A DNA stretch of 64,000 nt, from the IMG/VR virus record IMGVR_UViG_3300030613_000008, positions 1 through 64,000 of that record. One strand, given 5' to 3'. Below, piece after piece: positions 27,606 through 37,730 of this stretch (positions are counted from its first letter, which is position 1; each line of letters starts with the position of its first letter). The position numbers and the translations under genes were made by a program. Under the pieces are notes generated by a model that did not search any database, was not told the origin of the DNA, and saw only the letters and a program-made list of their open reading frames with translations. Origin of the DNA: a virus (Duplodnaviria; Caudoviricetes).

Positions 27606-29870
27606 ATGGCTAAAACCGGACGAGCACGAATCGATACCGTTTTCAAGCAGGGCACTCGGAACGTTGAGGGTGTGCCGACTTCCATTTGCGGCGTCGTTGG
27701 CATCTACGAGCGCGGGCCGTTCACGCGGACGCCGGTCACCTCGCCTGAGGAATTCCGACGCTACTACGGCGACTCGTTTTCGAACACCTACGTCATCCCG
27801 CAGTGCATCAAGGATTTCTTCCAGCTCGGTGGCGGGAAGGGAATGCAGTTGGACGTCATGCGGACGTGCCACTACACGAACGTTGCGAGCCCGCTGACCC
27901 TCACGGCTGTCAAGGCGGCGGTCACGTTGCCGAGCGATACCATCGCGGCCACCCCGGCCGTCGTGACGAGCACGGGCGCGGAGCCGTATCTCACTATCGT
28001 CAACGGAGACGACCTGGACATCGACATCGGCGCGGGTGCTGTCACCGTGACGCTCGATGCGTCGGCGGCGTTTGTCGATTCCGCACCTGTCGGGTGGCCG
28101 ATTGCCGACCAGGACGGCAACACCATCACCGTGAAGATCGACCGGGGGCTCGTGCAGACCGTTACGTTCGTCGGGGTCACAACTACGGCCGCCGTGGTTG
28201 CTTCGCAGATGAACGCGCAACTCGTCAATTGCCATGTCGTAGAGAGTGGCGGGCAGGTCCGTATCATCTCCGACAAGCAGGGCCTTGCGAGTTTCGTCGA
28301 GGTGACGGGTGGCACGGCGAACGCGGTCATTAACTTCTCGATTGTCGAGGTTCAGGGTACGTCGGTAGCGGGCATCGATGACATTTCGGCCGTGACGAAT
28401 GTGGAACTCAAGGACGCTATCGAGGCGACCGCTGGGCTCATCGGCGCGGTTGTCGTGGCTGACCTCGGCGCGACCTTCTCCATCACGACCGTGGCGACCG
28501 GCGTTGGCGCGACCATTCAGGTGACGGGCGGCACGGCGCGAACCAAGGTGTCTCTCGACAACGTGCTGCATACCGGTTCCGCCGCTGCGGCGCTCAACAC
28601 GCTGACCGTGACTGGCAAGTACCACGGCACCTACGCTCATTCGTATCTGCCCACCGTGACGGCAGCGTCGAACGGTTCGGCGGATTACTGGAATCTGGCG
28701 TTCTACAAGTCGGGTGTCGCGCAAGAGACGTTCACGAATCTGTCGAGCGACCCGGCAAACGCGCGTTTCGTCAACACCATCGTGAACGCGGCGGGCACGG
28801 GCTCTGAACTGTTCACGGTAGCGGACCTTGGCCTTGTGGCACTCGGCTACACGGCGACGCAGGCGAGGCCGCAGCGCATCACGCACGCGGCTCCGTCCGG
28901 CGGCAACGACGGGCTCGCGGCGCTTGCGGACGCGGACTTCATCGGCGACCCGGCGGGACACACGGGGCTGTACGGCCTCGATACGCAGCCCGACCTTCGG
29001 ATGTTCACCATCCCCGGTCGCGCGAGCGCGAGCATTCACGCGGCCATCAACTCCTACGCGCTGTACCGGGACTACACGTGCTACGGGTTGCACCCGACCC
29101 CGACGCTGGTTCAGGTTGGCACGGCGGACCTCATGGTCACGTGGGCGACGTCCAACACGTTCGGCACTACGGAGTTCGCGGCGGGTCCGGCTTGGCCGCG
29201 CGTCGCCATCTCCAACCCGAACACGACCGTCTTCGGCACCGGCCCGACCATCTACGTCGACCCGGTGATGTTCAAGATGGCGAAGTTCTGCTATGTGGAC
29301 GCGAACCACCCGGACGGCACGTTCACGAGCGCGGCGGGCATCAACCAGGATTCCGGCACCATGACGAACGTCATCGGGCTGGAAGCGCCTGACACCGAGT
29401 TGACCCCCGGCCTTCGGGACCGCCTTGCGGACGTCAACGTGGACCACATCAACAAAGACGTGGGCACGCCGTATTACTTCGATGGTGGCGACAATTGCAA
29501 AACCACAGGTGACTGGCCGCGCCAGTGGCACAGCCGGTCCGCCATCCTGGTTAAAGAGACCATCAAGAAGAACTGGGCGTGGGTCAAGCACTCGAAGAAC
29601 ACCACGACCATGCGGCAGTCGGCGGGGCGGCAGGCGAATCAGTATCTTCGCACGACCCCGGCCGAAGCCTTCGAAATCAGCACCGGAGCGGAAGACCCGG
29701 CCATCCCGGCGGGCGAGCCGCTGCGCTACTGTGACACGAGCGACGCGCTGAACCCCATCGAGGTGCGGCGCGCTGGGGAGTTCCACGCGACAGTGGGACT
29801 CGGGTTCTGTGACGATGCCAAGTGGACGACCATCACCATCACTCGCACGACAGTTGCGAGCGCTAGCTAA
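27606..29870 (+). CDS. Contractile tail sheath protein
   Basis: VEGVPTSICGVVGIYERGP...VTSPEEFRRYYG; DADFIGD...TGLYGLD; CDTSDALNP...GEF...VGL. Confidence 0.9.
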   Translation: MAKTGRARIDTVFKQGTRNVEGVPTSICGVVGIYERGPFTRTPVTSPEEFRRYYGDSFSNTYVIPQCIKDFFQLGGGKGMQLDVMRTCHYTNVASPLTLTAVKAAVTLPSDTIAATPAVVTSTGAEPYLTIVNGDDLDIDIGAGAVTVTLDASAAFVDSAPVGWPIADQDGNTITVKIDRGLVQTVTFVGVTTTAAVVASQMNAQLVNCHVVESGGQVRIISDKQGLASFVEVTGGTANAVINFSIVEVQGTSVAGIDDISAVTNVELKDAIEATAGLIGAVVVADLGATFSITTVATGVGATIQVTGGTARTKVSLDNVLHTGSAAAALNTLTVTGKYHGTYAHSYLPTVTAASNGSADYWNLAFYKSGVAQETFTNLSSDPANARFVNTIVNAAGTGSELFTVADLGLVALGYTATQARPQRITHAAPSGGNDGLAALADADFIGDPAGHTGLYGLDTQPDLRMFTIPGRASASIHAAINSYALYRDYTCYGLHPTPTLVQVGTADLMVTWATSNTFGTTEFAAGPAWPRVAISNPNTTVFGTGPTIYVDPVMFKMAKFCYVDANHPDGTFTSAAGINQDSGTMTNVIGLEAPDTELTPGLRDRLADVNVDHINKDVGTPYYFDGGDNCKTTGDWPRQWHSRSAILVKETIKKNWAWVKHSKNTTTMRQSAGRQANQYLRTTPAEAFEISTGAEDPAIPAGEPLRYCDTSDALNPIEVRRAGEFHATVGLGFCDDAKWTTITITRTTVASAS

Positions 29871-29889
29871 GGGATAGGAGGGTCATAAC

Positions 29890-30345
29890 ATGGCCGACCC
29901 GAAATCGTTTTTCGATCCGTTCAACTGGCGTCTAGAAGGTGGCGGTGGTGAGGTCATCGGCTGGGCTTGGGAGGCCGGGCCGTTCAAGCTGACCACGGCG
30001 ACCACGGAAATCCCGGCGGGAGCGGGCGAGCTTCGCGACGTGCCGGGAACCACGAAGATGGCGCAGATCGTCGTGACGGCTCCGCTGTCGACGAACCTGT
30101 CGCTGTACAACCGCTTCAAGGCGCAGCACGACGCGAGCACGGGCAAGGGCGTATCCGAGCCCGACGTCTACGAGGACATCGATTTCGTCCAGATCGACCG
30201 CGACGGTGACGAGTTGGAGCGCATCCGCGTGTACGACTGCGTGGCCATCGATTACGAGATGGACAACTTCAACAAGAAGTCGAACGACAAGCGCACCGAG
30301 AAGCTGACGCTTGCCGGGAGACGGTTCGAGCGCATTCCGGCGTGA
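29890..30345 (+). CDS. Tail tube protein (T4 gp19-like)
   Basis: Follows the sheath; DIDFVQIDRDG..L.R...EKLTLA; 151 aa. Confidence 0.85.
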   Translation: MADPKSFFDPFNWRLEGGGGEVIGWAWEAGPFKLTTATTEIPAGAGELRDVPGTTKMAQIVVTAPLSTNLSLYNRFKAQHDASTGKGVSEPDVYEDIDFVQIDRDGDELERIRVYDCVAIDYEMDNFNKKSNDKRTEKLTLAGRRFERIPA

Positions 30346-30397
30346 TGACTGACCGTCCTTCTCCGAGGGGATCGAAGAGGGCAGGAGGGACAATCTG

Positions 30398-31324
30398 ATG
30401 AACCCGCAAACCTTTCCGTTCAAGGTGACTCTCGACAATGGCGACGTCGTGTTGTCGGTGACGCTCCGGCGTCCTACCATCGATGACCAGTTTGCGTTTC
30501 GCGCTGCATTCAGCGAAGGGCTCGGCAAGGCCATCACCGGCATTCTGACCGCGTGTACGGTGTCCGTGGAAGACCCCGGCCCGTGGATGGTGAAGTCTAG
30601 CGCAGAGGGCAAGGAGACAGCCTGTGGCATCGATTGGGAGCGCGTGACCTCCGGGCTCCGCATGTGGGCGATGCTCACCCTGCGAATCAAGGGCAAGGAA
30701 GGCGGGCACCTGATACCCGTCGAGTTGCTTTGCCCCATGTGCAAGCGCGGCGAAGACGAGTTCTCAGTGGACGTGGACGCGCGACCTATCGAAGAGGGCG
30801 GCGAGTTGCTGTGGTTCGAGCCCGAAGACGGCGTGGCGGTCATTGATTCCATCGTCACGGGTGCGCCGCTGTCGGCTGAAATCGGTGGCATCCCCATCAA
30901 GGTCAAGCCGCCAAGCGGAACGACGGAGTTGAAACTCCAGGCCGCGTCCGAGGCGTTGCACAAGTCGCGCGGAAAGGGCGAGGACGTCAACGAGATGTCC
31001 ATCCAGAACGACGTGGCGTTGCGCGGTCGTGCGTTGCAGCTCGCGGCCGTAAACACCGAGCCGCCGGTCCACCCGAACGACCTTGGCCGATGGGTCAAGG
31101 CGTTGCCGGAAGACCTGTACGACGAGCTTGAGGCGGCTATCGAGGCGAGCGACTGGGGTGTCGAGTTGTCGTTTGCGGCGAAGTGCCCACGCGGTCACTC
31201 GGTAGCAGGCGAAGTCCCTTTCGTCTACCTGTTTGGACGGCCGAACACGGCCATGAAGTCGCTGCGCGACCGGCAGCGGGAGAGGGCGAAGGCGAAGAAG
31301 AATCGCCCTGCGTCCCCGGCATGA
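30398..31324 (+). CDS. Tail assembly chaperone (Zn-binding)
   Basis: Between tube and tape measure; CPMC and CPRGH. Confidence 0.7.
   Translation: MNPQTFPFKVTLDNGDVVLSVTLRRPTIDDQFAFRAAFSEGLGKAITGILTACTVSVEDPGPWMVKSSAEGKETACGIDWERVTSGLRMWAMLTLRIKGKEGGHLIPVELLCPMCKRGEDEFSVDVDARPIEEGGELLWFEPEDGVAVIDSIVTGAPLSAEIGGIPIKVKPPSGTTELKLQAASEALHKSRGKGEDVNEMSIQNDVALRGRALQLAAVNTEPPVHPNDLGRWVKALPEDLYDELEAAIEASDWGVELSFAAKCPRGHSVAGEVPFVYLFGRPNTAMKSLRDRQRERAKAKKNRPASPA
31216..31222 (+). other. Candidate -1 ribosomal frameshift heptamer C CCT TTC
   Basis: X XXY YYZ in the chaperone's frame; the -1 frame is open to 31602. Confidence 0.5.
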
Positions 31325-31602
31325 TGATACCGACGACACACGGCAGCGCAGACCGCCGCGCCGTTGTCGTCGCATGTGGACCTCTGTTTCAGATTCTCGG
31401 CGAGTCGCTAGAGCGCAAGGTGCGCTTCCGGCTGTCGTATCGGTCGGGCATCTCCGGCGGAATTATGGACTACGACAAGACGGGGGAGATGCCGGTGGGG
31501 GAAGCCCTGGCCCTGTGCGAGATGACGAGCGAGCGCGAGGTTGAGGATTACCAGGCGCTCAAGAATTGCGTGCGGCTCGGCATGTGGGGGAAGGGCGACT
31601 AG
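31321..31602 (+). CDS. Second chaperone ORF (gpT-like)
   Basis: -1 frame relative to the upstream gene; ATGA overlap. Confidence 0.55.
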   Translation: MMIPTTHGSADRRAVVVACGPLFQILGESLERKVRFRLSYRSGISGGIMDYDKTGEMPVGEALALCEMTSEREVEDYQALKNCVRLGMWGKGD

Positions 31603-31604
31603 CC

Positions 31605-34133
31605 ATGCGGACCATCTTCGACATCATAGCGCGCGACAACGCCAGCGGGACGCTGAACAAAGTGGACCGCTCCATGAAGAACCTGGGAAACAGCGCGCGG
31701 ACTACCGAGAAAAGCATGGCGCGCGGTTCCGGTGCTGGCGCGGGTGGTACGTTCGGTGCTGGTTCCGGCGGTCCGTTCGCCAAGATGCTGACCGGCGGGG
31801 CCATGATGGTGGCAGGCGACAAGATGATGGACTTCTCCATCAACGTCGCCCGTAGTTCTCGGACGATGGAGGGTGCGATCGGCACGATGAAAGCCTACGG
31901 TGCGTCGACCGAAGACCTAGCGCGGGCGCAAGACGCGGCGTTTAAGTCCGGGTTCAACATGGACCGGCAGGCGGAAGCGCTCAAGTCGTTCACCACAGAG
32001 GGGTTCAACGCGGCCGATTCCGCGAAGATGCTCGGGCCTGCCATGCAAATGATGAAGTTCGGGCAGATGTCCGCTACAGAATCTTCCGGGTTCCTCGCCG
32101 ACACGCTTGACCAATTCAGCCTCTCGGCAGGGCGCGGGCAGGATGTCACAAACAAGATGGCGAAGGCCATGCAGATGTTCGGCATCCAAGGTCCGGAGAT
32201 GGTGTCCATGTTCCGTGGCGCGGCGTCTGGCGCGAACCTTGCCGGGGCTGGTTTCGAGGATGTGTTGCTCACCACGGGCATGATAAAGAAGGTGTTGCCG
32301 GATGCTGGGAAGGCGGCGATGGCGGCGAACCAAGCGTTCATGCAACTCGCCGACGAGAACGTGAGGAAGGAACTTCACGGCCAGGGTGTGGAGGTTCTCG
32401 ACTCAAACAAGAAATTCCGTTCCCTCACGGACATCCTCGCCGACCTGATAACGCAGACGGACGGCATGACGGAATCGCAGCGGGCGTCTGAACTGGCGTC
32501 CATCTTCTCGAAGCGTTCGGCCGGTGGGTTGAGCGTCATCATGAAGCAGTTGACTGAAGGTGTGACCGACGCGGAAGGCAAGATGTACAAGGGCGCGGAC
32601 GCGGCGCGCTACCTCGCTTCGCAGATGGCGGACTCCGGCGACGCGGCCAAGGTCATGTACGACGCCATGATGAACACGACCACGGGCGCAGACGAAGAGT
32701 TTGCAAACGCAAAGACGAGGATGAACGCGACGTTCGGCAGCGCCACCCAAGGCATCTACATCAAGGCCATGCGGGCGCTCGCGGGAGGTGTGAACGCCAC
32801 GGCCGATGCGATGAATTCACTCCCGCCCATCGCGCGCACCATCGTTGTCGGGCTGACCGGCGTCACGGGCGTTTTCATCAAGGCGCTTGGCGCGTGCATC
32901 CTTCTCGGCGGTGCCATGCGAATGCTCGGCATTACGTTTCGAGGGTTGCTGTTGACGGTGGGCAAGGTGCTTCTCGTGGGCGTGCCGTTGCTCGGGTTGT
33001 TTGGTGCTCTCGCCGTTGGGTTCTACGGGATGCACCGTGCGGCTGAAAAGAACATCGGAGGGACCGGTGGTTTCTTCACTGGCCTGTGGTCGAAAATCAA
33101 GCTCGGGTTCAAGGGCACGCTGGACCTCATCTCGGGCGGCGGGTTGAGCGAGGCGGTTAAAGGCGAGTTGCAGAAGACGGAGAACTCGGGCGTGGCGAAG
33201 TTTCTCGTGTGGGTGACGGGTGCCATCGGACGCGCCAAGGCGTTCTTCGGCGGCATGGTTGCGGGGTTCGACGCTGGGCTGGCGAAATTGAGCGGACCAT
33301 TCGAGAGATTCAAGACGACGCTCATGGGCATCTTCGGGTTCAGCAACACGAGCGACCCGGCAAAACAGATGGACGAATGGCGGAAATCAGGGGCAAGCCT
33401 TGGAGAAAAGTTCGCCGAGTTGTCAGCGAAGGTGCTTGATTTTGCCGGTGGCGCGTTGACGTCGTTGAAGGGGTTGTTCAACGACATTTCGCTCAAGGAC
33501 GTTGAGACGGGATTGAAAGGAATTCTGACTGTTTTCAACGCCATGGCGAAGGTTGTCCAGTGGATAGCGGATGCGTTCACGACTATCGTCGACATGAAAA
33601 ATGCGGCGTTTACGCTCGGGAAGGGTGCCGAAAACATGAGCGCCGCCGAGATGCTTGGAGTGACGCGCGGGGCTGGCGGAACGCAGGCGAGAAAAAATCT
33701 TGCTGGTCAATTCGAGAACGTCGACAGAGCCGTACAAGAAGGAAAGTACGATAAAGCATTCGGGCAGCAAGTGAAGATTGGACTCTACAAGCGGATGGCT
33801 GGTGTCGCAACAATCGGGAACATGGAAACAATCAGGAGCATCATGGATACCCTCAGTGCTCCGAGTAGAAAAATAGCATCCGCAATTGGATACACGCACG
33901 GGGTAGAAGGTCTTGGCAGAAGAGGAGACCACGGCGTTGCGCAGCGTGAGCAAAACAGAATGACAGACGCCTTGAACGGACTCGCGAAGAGCATCGACAA
34001 GGGATTTTCCATAAGCGTCGATAGCCAGACGTTTGGCAAGGCCGTGTCCAATGTCAGCAGCGAATCCGGCGACCGCAACTACGAAGAGGACTGGGGCGCT
34101 ACACCGACCGACCCGGTTTCGGTTTGGAGATAG
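31605..34133 (+). CDS. Tape measure protein (TP901-like core)
   Basis: IIARDNASG start, KFRSLTDILADL, hydrophobic helices. Confidence 0.9.
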   Translation: MRTIFDIIARDNASGTLNKVDRSMKNLGNSARTTEKSMARGSGAGAGGTFGAGSGGPFAKMLTGGAMMVAGDKMMDFSINVARSSRTMEGAIGTMKAYGASTEDLARAQDAAFKSGFNMDRQAEALKSFTTEGFNAADSAKMLGPAMQMMKFGQMSATESSGFLADTLDQFSLSAGRGQDVTNKMAKAMQMFGIQGPEMVSMFRGAASGANLAGAGFEDVLLTTGMIKKVLPDAGKAAMAANQAFMQLADENVRKELHGQGVEVLDSNKKFRSLTDILADLITQTDGMTESQRASELASIFSKRSAGGLSVIMKQLTEGVTDAEGKMYKGADAARYLASQMADSGDAAKVMYDAMMNTTTGADEEFANAKTRMNATFGSATQGIYIKAMRALAGGVNATADAMNSLPPIARTIVVGLTGVTGVFIKALGACILLGGAMRMLGITFRGLLLTVGKVLLVGVPLLGLFGALAVGFYGMHRAAEKNIGGTGGFFTGLWSKIKLGFKGTLDLISGGGLSEAVKGELQKTENSGVAKFLVWVTGAIGRAKAFFGGMVAGFDAGLAKLSGPFERFKTTLMGIFGFSNTSDPAKQMDEWRKSGASLGEKFAELSAKVLDFAGGALTSLKGLFNDISLKDVETGLKGILTVFNAMAKVVQWIADAFTTIVDMKNAAFTLGKGAENMSAAEMLGVTRGAGGTQARKNLAGQFENVDRAVQEGKYDKAFGQQVKIGLYKRMAGVATIGNMETIRSIMDTLSAPSRKIASAIGYTHGVEGLGRRGDHGVAQREQNRMTDALNGLAKSIDKGFSISVDSQTFGKAVSNVSSESGDRNYEEDWGATPTDPVSVWR

Positions 34134-34136
34134 ACC

Positions 34137-34661
34137 ATGCCGATAGCAGCCGACGACGAACGCAGCGAATTGGTCAACCTCGAAACGATGGACAGCATTT
34201 CGTTTCCGCTGACTCCCCATGTCATCTCGCCGAGTGTCAACGTGAACTACAACGACCAGGGAGGTATCGGCGCAAGCTCGGTCAATCAGGTCTATAGCAA
34301 CACGAGTGCGGAAGAAATCACGGTCGAGTTTCCGTACTACCGCGTGGGGTTGGCGAACGCGGGCGCGTTGTCCGTCGAGACGGCGACCGCCGCGATGGAC
34401 TATCACCGGGATTTCGTACGCTCACTCACGTTGCCTGGCACGCGCTCGGACGGGTTGAGTAAGGGCGCTCCCCCCTTGTGCCTTCTCACGATACCGGGGC
34501 ACCTCGTTTGGAAGTGCCGCGTGCGGTCGTTCAAGTACGACAAGCGCATCGGCCAAGACGGCAAGGCCATGGAACTGAAATTGAACATCACGTTCCGCGA
34601 GGAGTGGACCATGTCGCTGTCGAGCGAGGACATCTTGGAGAAGGGCTACAACCGTGGCTGA
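34137..34661 (+). CDS. Tube initiator / CIS tube-like baseplate protein
   Basis: LVNLET..SISF...GAPPLCLL...ITFREE; after the TMP. Confidence 0.7.
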   Translation: MPIAADDERSELVNLETMDSISFPLTPHVISPSVNVNYNDQGGIGASSVNQVYSNTSAEEITVEFPYYRVGLANAGALSVETATAAMDYHRDFVRSLTLPGTRSDGLSKGAPPLCLLTIPGHLVWKCRVRSFKYDKRIGQDGKAMELKLNITFREEWTMSLSSEDILEKGYNRG

Positions 34662-34998
34662 GAACGTCAAAACCTACAGCCGGTTTCGCAGTTGCTTCGA
34701 GACGACCGACGATGACGGCGTGCTGTTCACGGTGGATGATACGCCGTACCCCTACACGGACCTCGCGGACAACTCGACCTACGAGGTGAAGGACGGCGAC
34801 ACGTGGTGGTCCATCGCGGACGAAGTTTTCGCACCTCTCGACTACTCGTTTCAACTTTGGTGGGTCATCATGGACTTCCAGCCGGAGCCGTACCTTGACC
34901 CAACGGTCATGCCAGCGGCGGGCACGGTGCTGTACATCCCGAGCGTCAAGACAGTCACGGGCAAGATTCTCAGTCCCGAGCGCAGGCGGTATTCGTAA
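34654..34998 (+). CDS. LysM-like baseplate protein (P2 gpX / gp53-like)
   Basis: YEVKDGDTWWSIA...LWWVIMDF...GTVLYIPS. Confidence 0.8.
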   Translation: MAENVKTYSRFRSCFETTDDDGVLFTVDDTPYPYTDLADNSTYEVKDGDTWWSIADEVFAPLDYSFQLWWVIMDFQPEPYLDPTVMPAAGTVLYIPSVKTVTGKILSPERRRYS

Positions 34999-36368
34999 TG
35001 GCGACACTTGGAGGACCGGCGCTGTGGGTTGAACTCATCCAATCGGATGAGGGCGACCGCGTCATCGAAATCCCGGTGAACGCGCTGGCGTCTTTCGAGT
35101 TCACGGACACGGACGAAGGAACCGACGTCGCGAAGTTGTCGCTCCGCAACGATGACATGAGGTGGTACGACGAAGAGGCGTTCCGCGCCGGGCAGAAAAT
35201 CAATCTCACCTGGGGTTGGGAATCCGGCATGTGTACGCCTCGCCGCATGGTCGTCAAGAAACCTTCGCAGGGGTCCAACCCCATCACCATCACCATGCAC
35301 GACGAAGGCGCGCTGCTCGACATCGTTCCGAAGAAACGACACTGGTCGGGCATGACGGACGGGCAGATAGCGTCCGCAGTCGCCGACGAAAACGGGTACT
35401 CTGGAATCCTTCAAGACATCTCGATAACGACCGCCGTTCGAGAGGGAACAACGCAGGTAGGGACGGACGCGGCATTCCTCACGACGCTCGCTCGGCGCAA
35501 CGGGTTCAAATGGTGGGTGGACGGTACGGGTCTGCATTGGGGAAACCGCCCGACGGGTGCAACGCCGTCTGCGTTCTTCATCTATCGCAACGACCTGAGC
35601 GGGAACGTGTTGTCACAACCCGAGATCGAAGCGAACCTTTCGAAGGACGTTGCCAAGGTCAAGGTCGTGGCAATCGACCCGCTCACGCGCAAGGAAGTCA
35701 CGGCGACGGTCGGTGTTGACGAGGGTGACGAGACGCTTGGAGACTACGTCAACAACATCATTTCACTAGGCAACGAAGACGAGGTGAGCAACCCGGACTC
35801 ACCCGACGGTGCGCGGTCGGCTCGCGTGTCTCGCGCTATCGAATTCAACCTTGGGTCCGCAACCGAAGAGGAAGTGGCCACCGAGGCGGAGCGCATCTAC
35901 CGCGAGACGGCGATGAACCGCTACAAGATGTCCACCTCGGTGCTCGGCGACGTCGCGCTAGGTGCGAAGCAGCTTCACCACTGGACCATGCCAAGCGAGA
36001 CGATGACGGGCCTCTGGTACTGCAAGAAAGCCATCACTAGTATCGAGCCGGGCAAGTACACGATCGGCCTGCACTACGTGAAGGACGCGCTCGGCAAGTT
36101 GTTCCTGTCGAAGATTCATCCGGTGTCGCGAAAGAAGAACGAACTGGACGAAAACGGAGTGCCCATTGACACGACAGGGTTGACGAAGACACCGACTATC
36201 ACGGAGGAGAACGGCAAGGAAGTTGTGGCGTGGCACTACGTCGATGCAAACAAGAACACCGTAGGCAAGGCGCAGAAGATGAGCGCGGAAGAGTTCGGGG
36301 CGCTTCCTGCGTCCGAGCGTTTGTCGCTGTCGACTGCAAGCGCCGGAACCATATTGCCGGGCAAATGA
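34998..36368 (+). CDS. Baseplate hub (late control D-like)
   Basis: FEFTD...LSLRN...TDAAFLTTLARRNGF...GLWY. Confidence 0.8.
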   Translation: MATLGGPALWVELIQSDEGDRVIEIPVNALASFEFTDTDEGTDVAKLSLRNDDMRWYDEEAFRAGQKINLTWGWESGMCTPRRMVVKKPSQGSNPITITMHDEGALLDIVPKKRHWSGMTDGQIASAVADENGYSGILQDISITTAVREGTTQVGTDAAFLTTLARRNGFKWWVDGTGLHWGNRPTGATPSAFFIYRNDLSGNVLSQPEIEANLSKDVAKVKVVAIDPLTRKEVTATVGVDEGDETLGDYVNNIISLGNEDEVSNPDSPDGARSARVSRAIEFNLGSATEEEVATEAERIYRETAMNRYKMSTSVLGDVALGAKQLHHWTMPSETMTGLWYCKKAITSIEPGKYTIGLHYVKDALGKLFLSKIHPVSRKKNELDENGVPIDTTGLTKTPTITEENGKEVVAWHYVDANKNTVGKAQKMSAEEFGALPASERLSLSTASAGTILPGK

Positions 36369-36369
36369 C

Positions 36370-36924
36370 ATGAGCGACGCACTTCACGGAACCTACGAGG
36401 GATTCGTCATCAAGCGCGAGGAGGGCGACGCGGCGACGGATACACCGCTCGGACGTATCAAGATTCGCATCCCCGGCATGATGGAAGAGACGTCGTGGGC
36501 CTACCCGAGCGGATGGGGGAAGAACCAAAACGGGCCGGTGCCGCAACTCGGCGACATGGTAGAAGTGTTCTTCATCGCAGGGCGGCGAGACTCCCCACGG
36601 TGGCGGCCGTCGCATCCGGGACAGGGTGAGACGTTCCCCGAATTCGTTCACCCGGACGTCGCGGTGTGGGGAGACGACAACCTTCGAATCATCCGTGACC
36701 CGCGAGACGGGCAGAAGTACACGTGCATCCGCGCGATGGAGAAGGTGAACGGCGTTGACGACGTGCTAGTTGAAATCTTCATCTCGCATGAAGGGCGAGC
36801 GCTTCGAATCTACGGAGGTGCCGGAGTCAAGATGGAGAGCGAAGGGCAGTTGACAATCGAATCGAGCGGCGACGTTGACGTGCAAGGCCGGAAGGTCTTG
36901 CCGCGCAATAAGCCGCTGGCGTGA
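36370..36924 (+). CDS. Baseplate spike (gpV / gp5 OB-fold)
   Basis: LGRIKIRIPG...SWAYP...VPQLGDMVEVFFIAG. Confidence 0.8.
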   Translation: MSDALHGTYEGFVIKREEGDAATDTPLGRIKIRIPGMMEETSWAYPSGWGKNQNGPVPQLGDMVEVFFIAGRRDSPRWRPSHPGQGETFPEFVHPDVAVWGDDNLRIIRDPRDGQKYTCIRAMEKVNGVDDVLVEIFISHEGRALRIYGGAGVKMESEGQLTIESSGDVDVQGRKVLPRNKPLA

Positions 36925-36934
36925 GGGTAGCAAC

Positions 36935-37723
36935 GTGGCAGCGCCGAATGTATGGAAGCCGGTCAACGATTTGGTGTGCCCGTTCCTGACTCCGGTCGGG
37001 AGCATCGATGACATCTGCTTTCCCGGCGGCCTATGTCTGTCCGCGATTCGACCTCCAGACGATTACCCGCGCATCTCCGACCTGGTCATGGCGCAACTCG
37101 CGCAAATCGGCCCGGCGATGGCACCGCTCAAGCCGTTTTTCGACGTGCTCGACACGGCTCTGGCCATCTTCAAGTGCATCGAGGCGATACCAGATTGCAT
37201 CACGAAACTGGACCCGAGCGGACTCATCAATTGCGTGCCGGACCTCGTAGAGAAAATCAATCAGTTGCTCTCGCTGATACCGCAGTTGACGATACCGCGC
37301 CTCATCATTCAGTTGATTCGCAACCTCGCGGCGTTCCTGCGGTCGCTCGCCGATGACCTGGACTACCTAAAGCAACGACTCGCGAGGGTGGCGCAGGCTA
37401 TCAGCCGCGCGGCAGACCTCAACGACGTGACGTGGGGTGGGTTCCTGCAATGCGCCGAGCAAACGGTGGCGGACGAAATGGACGCGCTGGCGCAGGCGTT
37501 GCAGATGCTAGGCCGTATCATCCTTCTCGCGAACATCATGCTGTCGCTGATTTCCGGTGCGCCTGAGATTCCGTGTTTTGGTACAATGATGCAAGACATA
37601 GCCGTGCTAGACGATGTCATCGCGGCGATTCGCGCGCTTGCCGCGTTACTCGAAGAGTTGGCGAACAAGATACCCGACCCGGAGATGGCGATAACGTTGC
37701 TTCTCAAGGGCGAGAAGTGTTGA
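36935..37723 (+). CDS. Helical hydrophobic hypothetical baseplate-region protein
   Basis: GTG start; Cys-rich amphipathic helices. Confidence 0.6.
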   Translation: MAAPNVWKPVNDLVCPFLTPVGSIDDICFPGGLCLSAIRPPDDYPRISDLVMAQLAQIGPAMAPLKPFFDVLDTALAIFKCIEAIPDCITKLDPSGLINCVPDLVEKINQLLSLIPQLTIPRLIIQLIRNLAAFLRSLADDLDYLKQRLARVAQAISRAADLNDVTWGGFLQCAEQTVADEMDALAQALQMLGRIILLANIMLSLISGAPEIPCFGTMMQDIAVLDDVIAAIRALAALLEELANKIPDPEMAITLLLKGEKC

Positions 37724-37730
37724 GGCCGGA

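Noticed and set aside
27561-29786. Long minus-strand ORFs (also 6402-7733, 8200-9621, 11532-13109, 45022-46392, 57525-58892)
   Set aside because: They are antisense shadows of high-GC3 plus-strand genes, Arg/Val/His-rich and without motifs.
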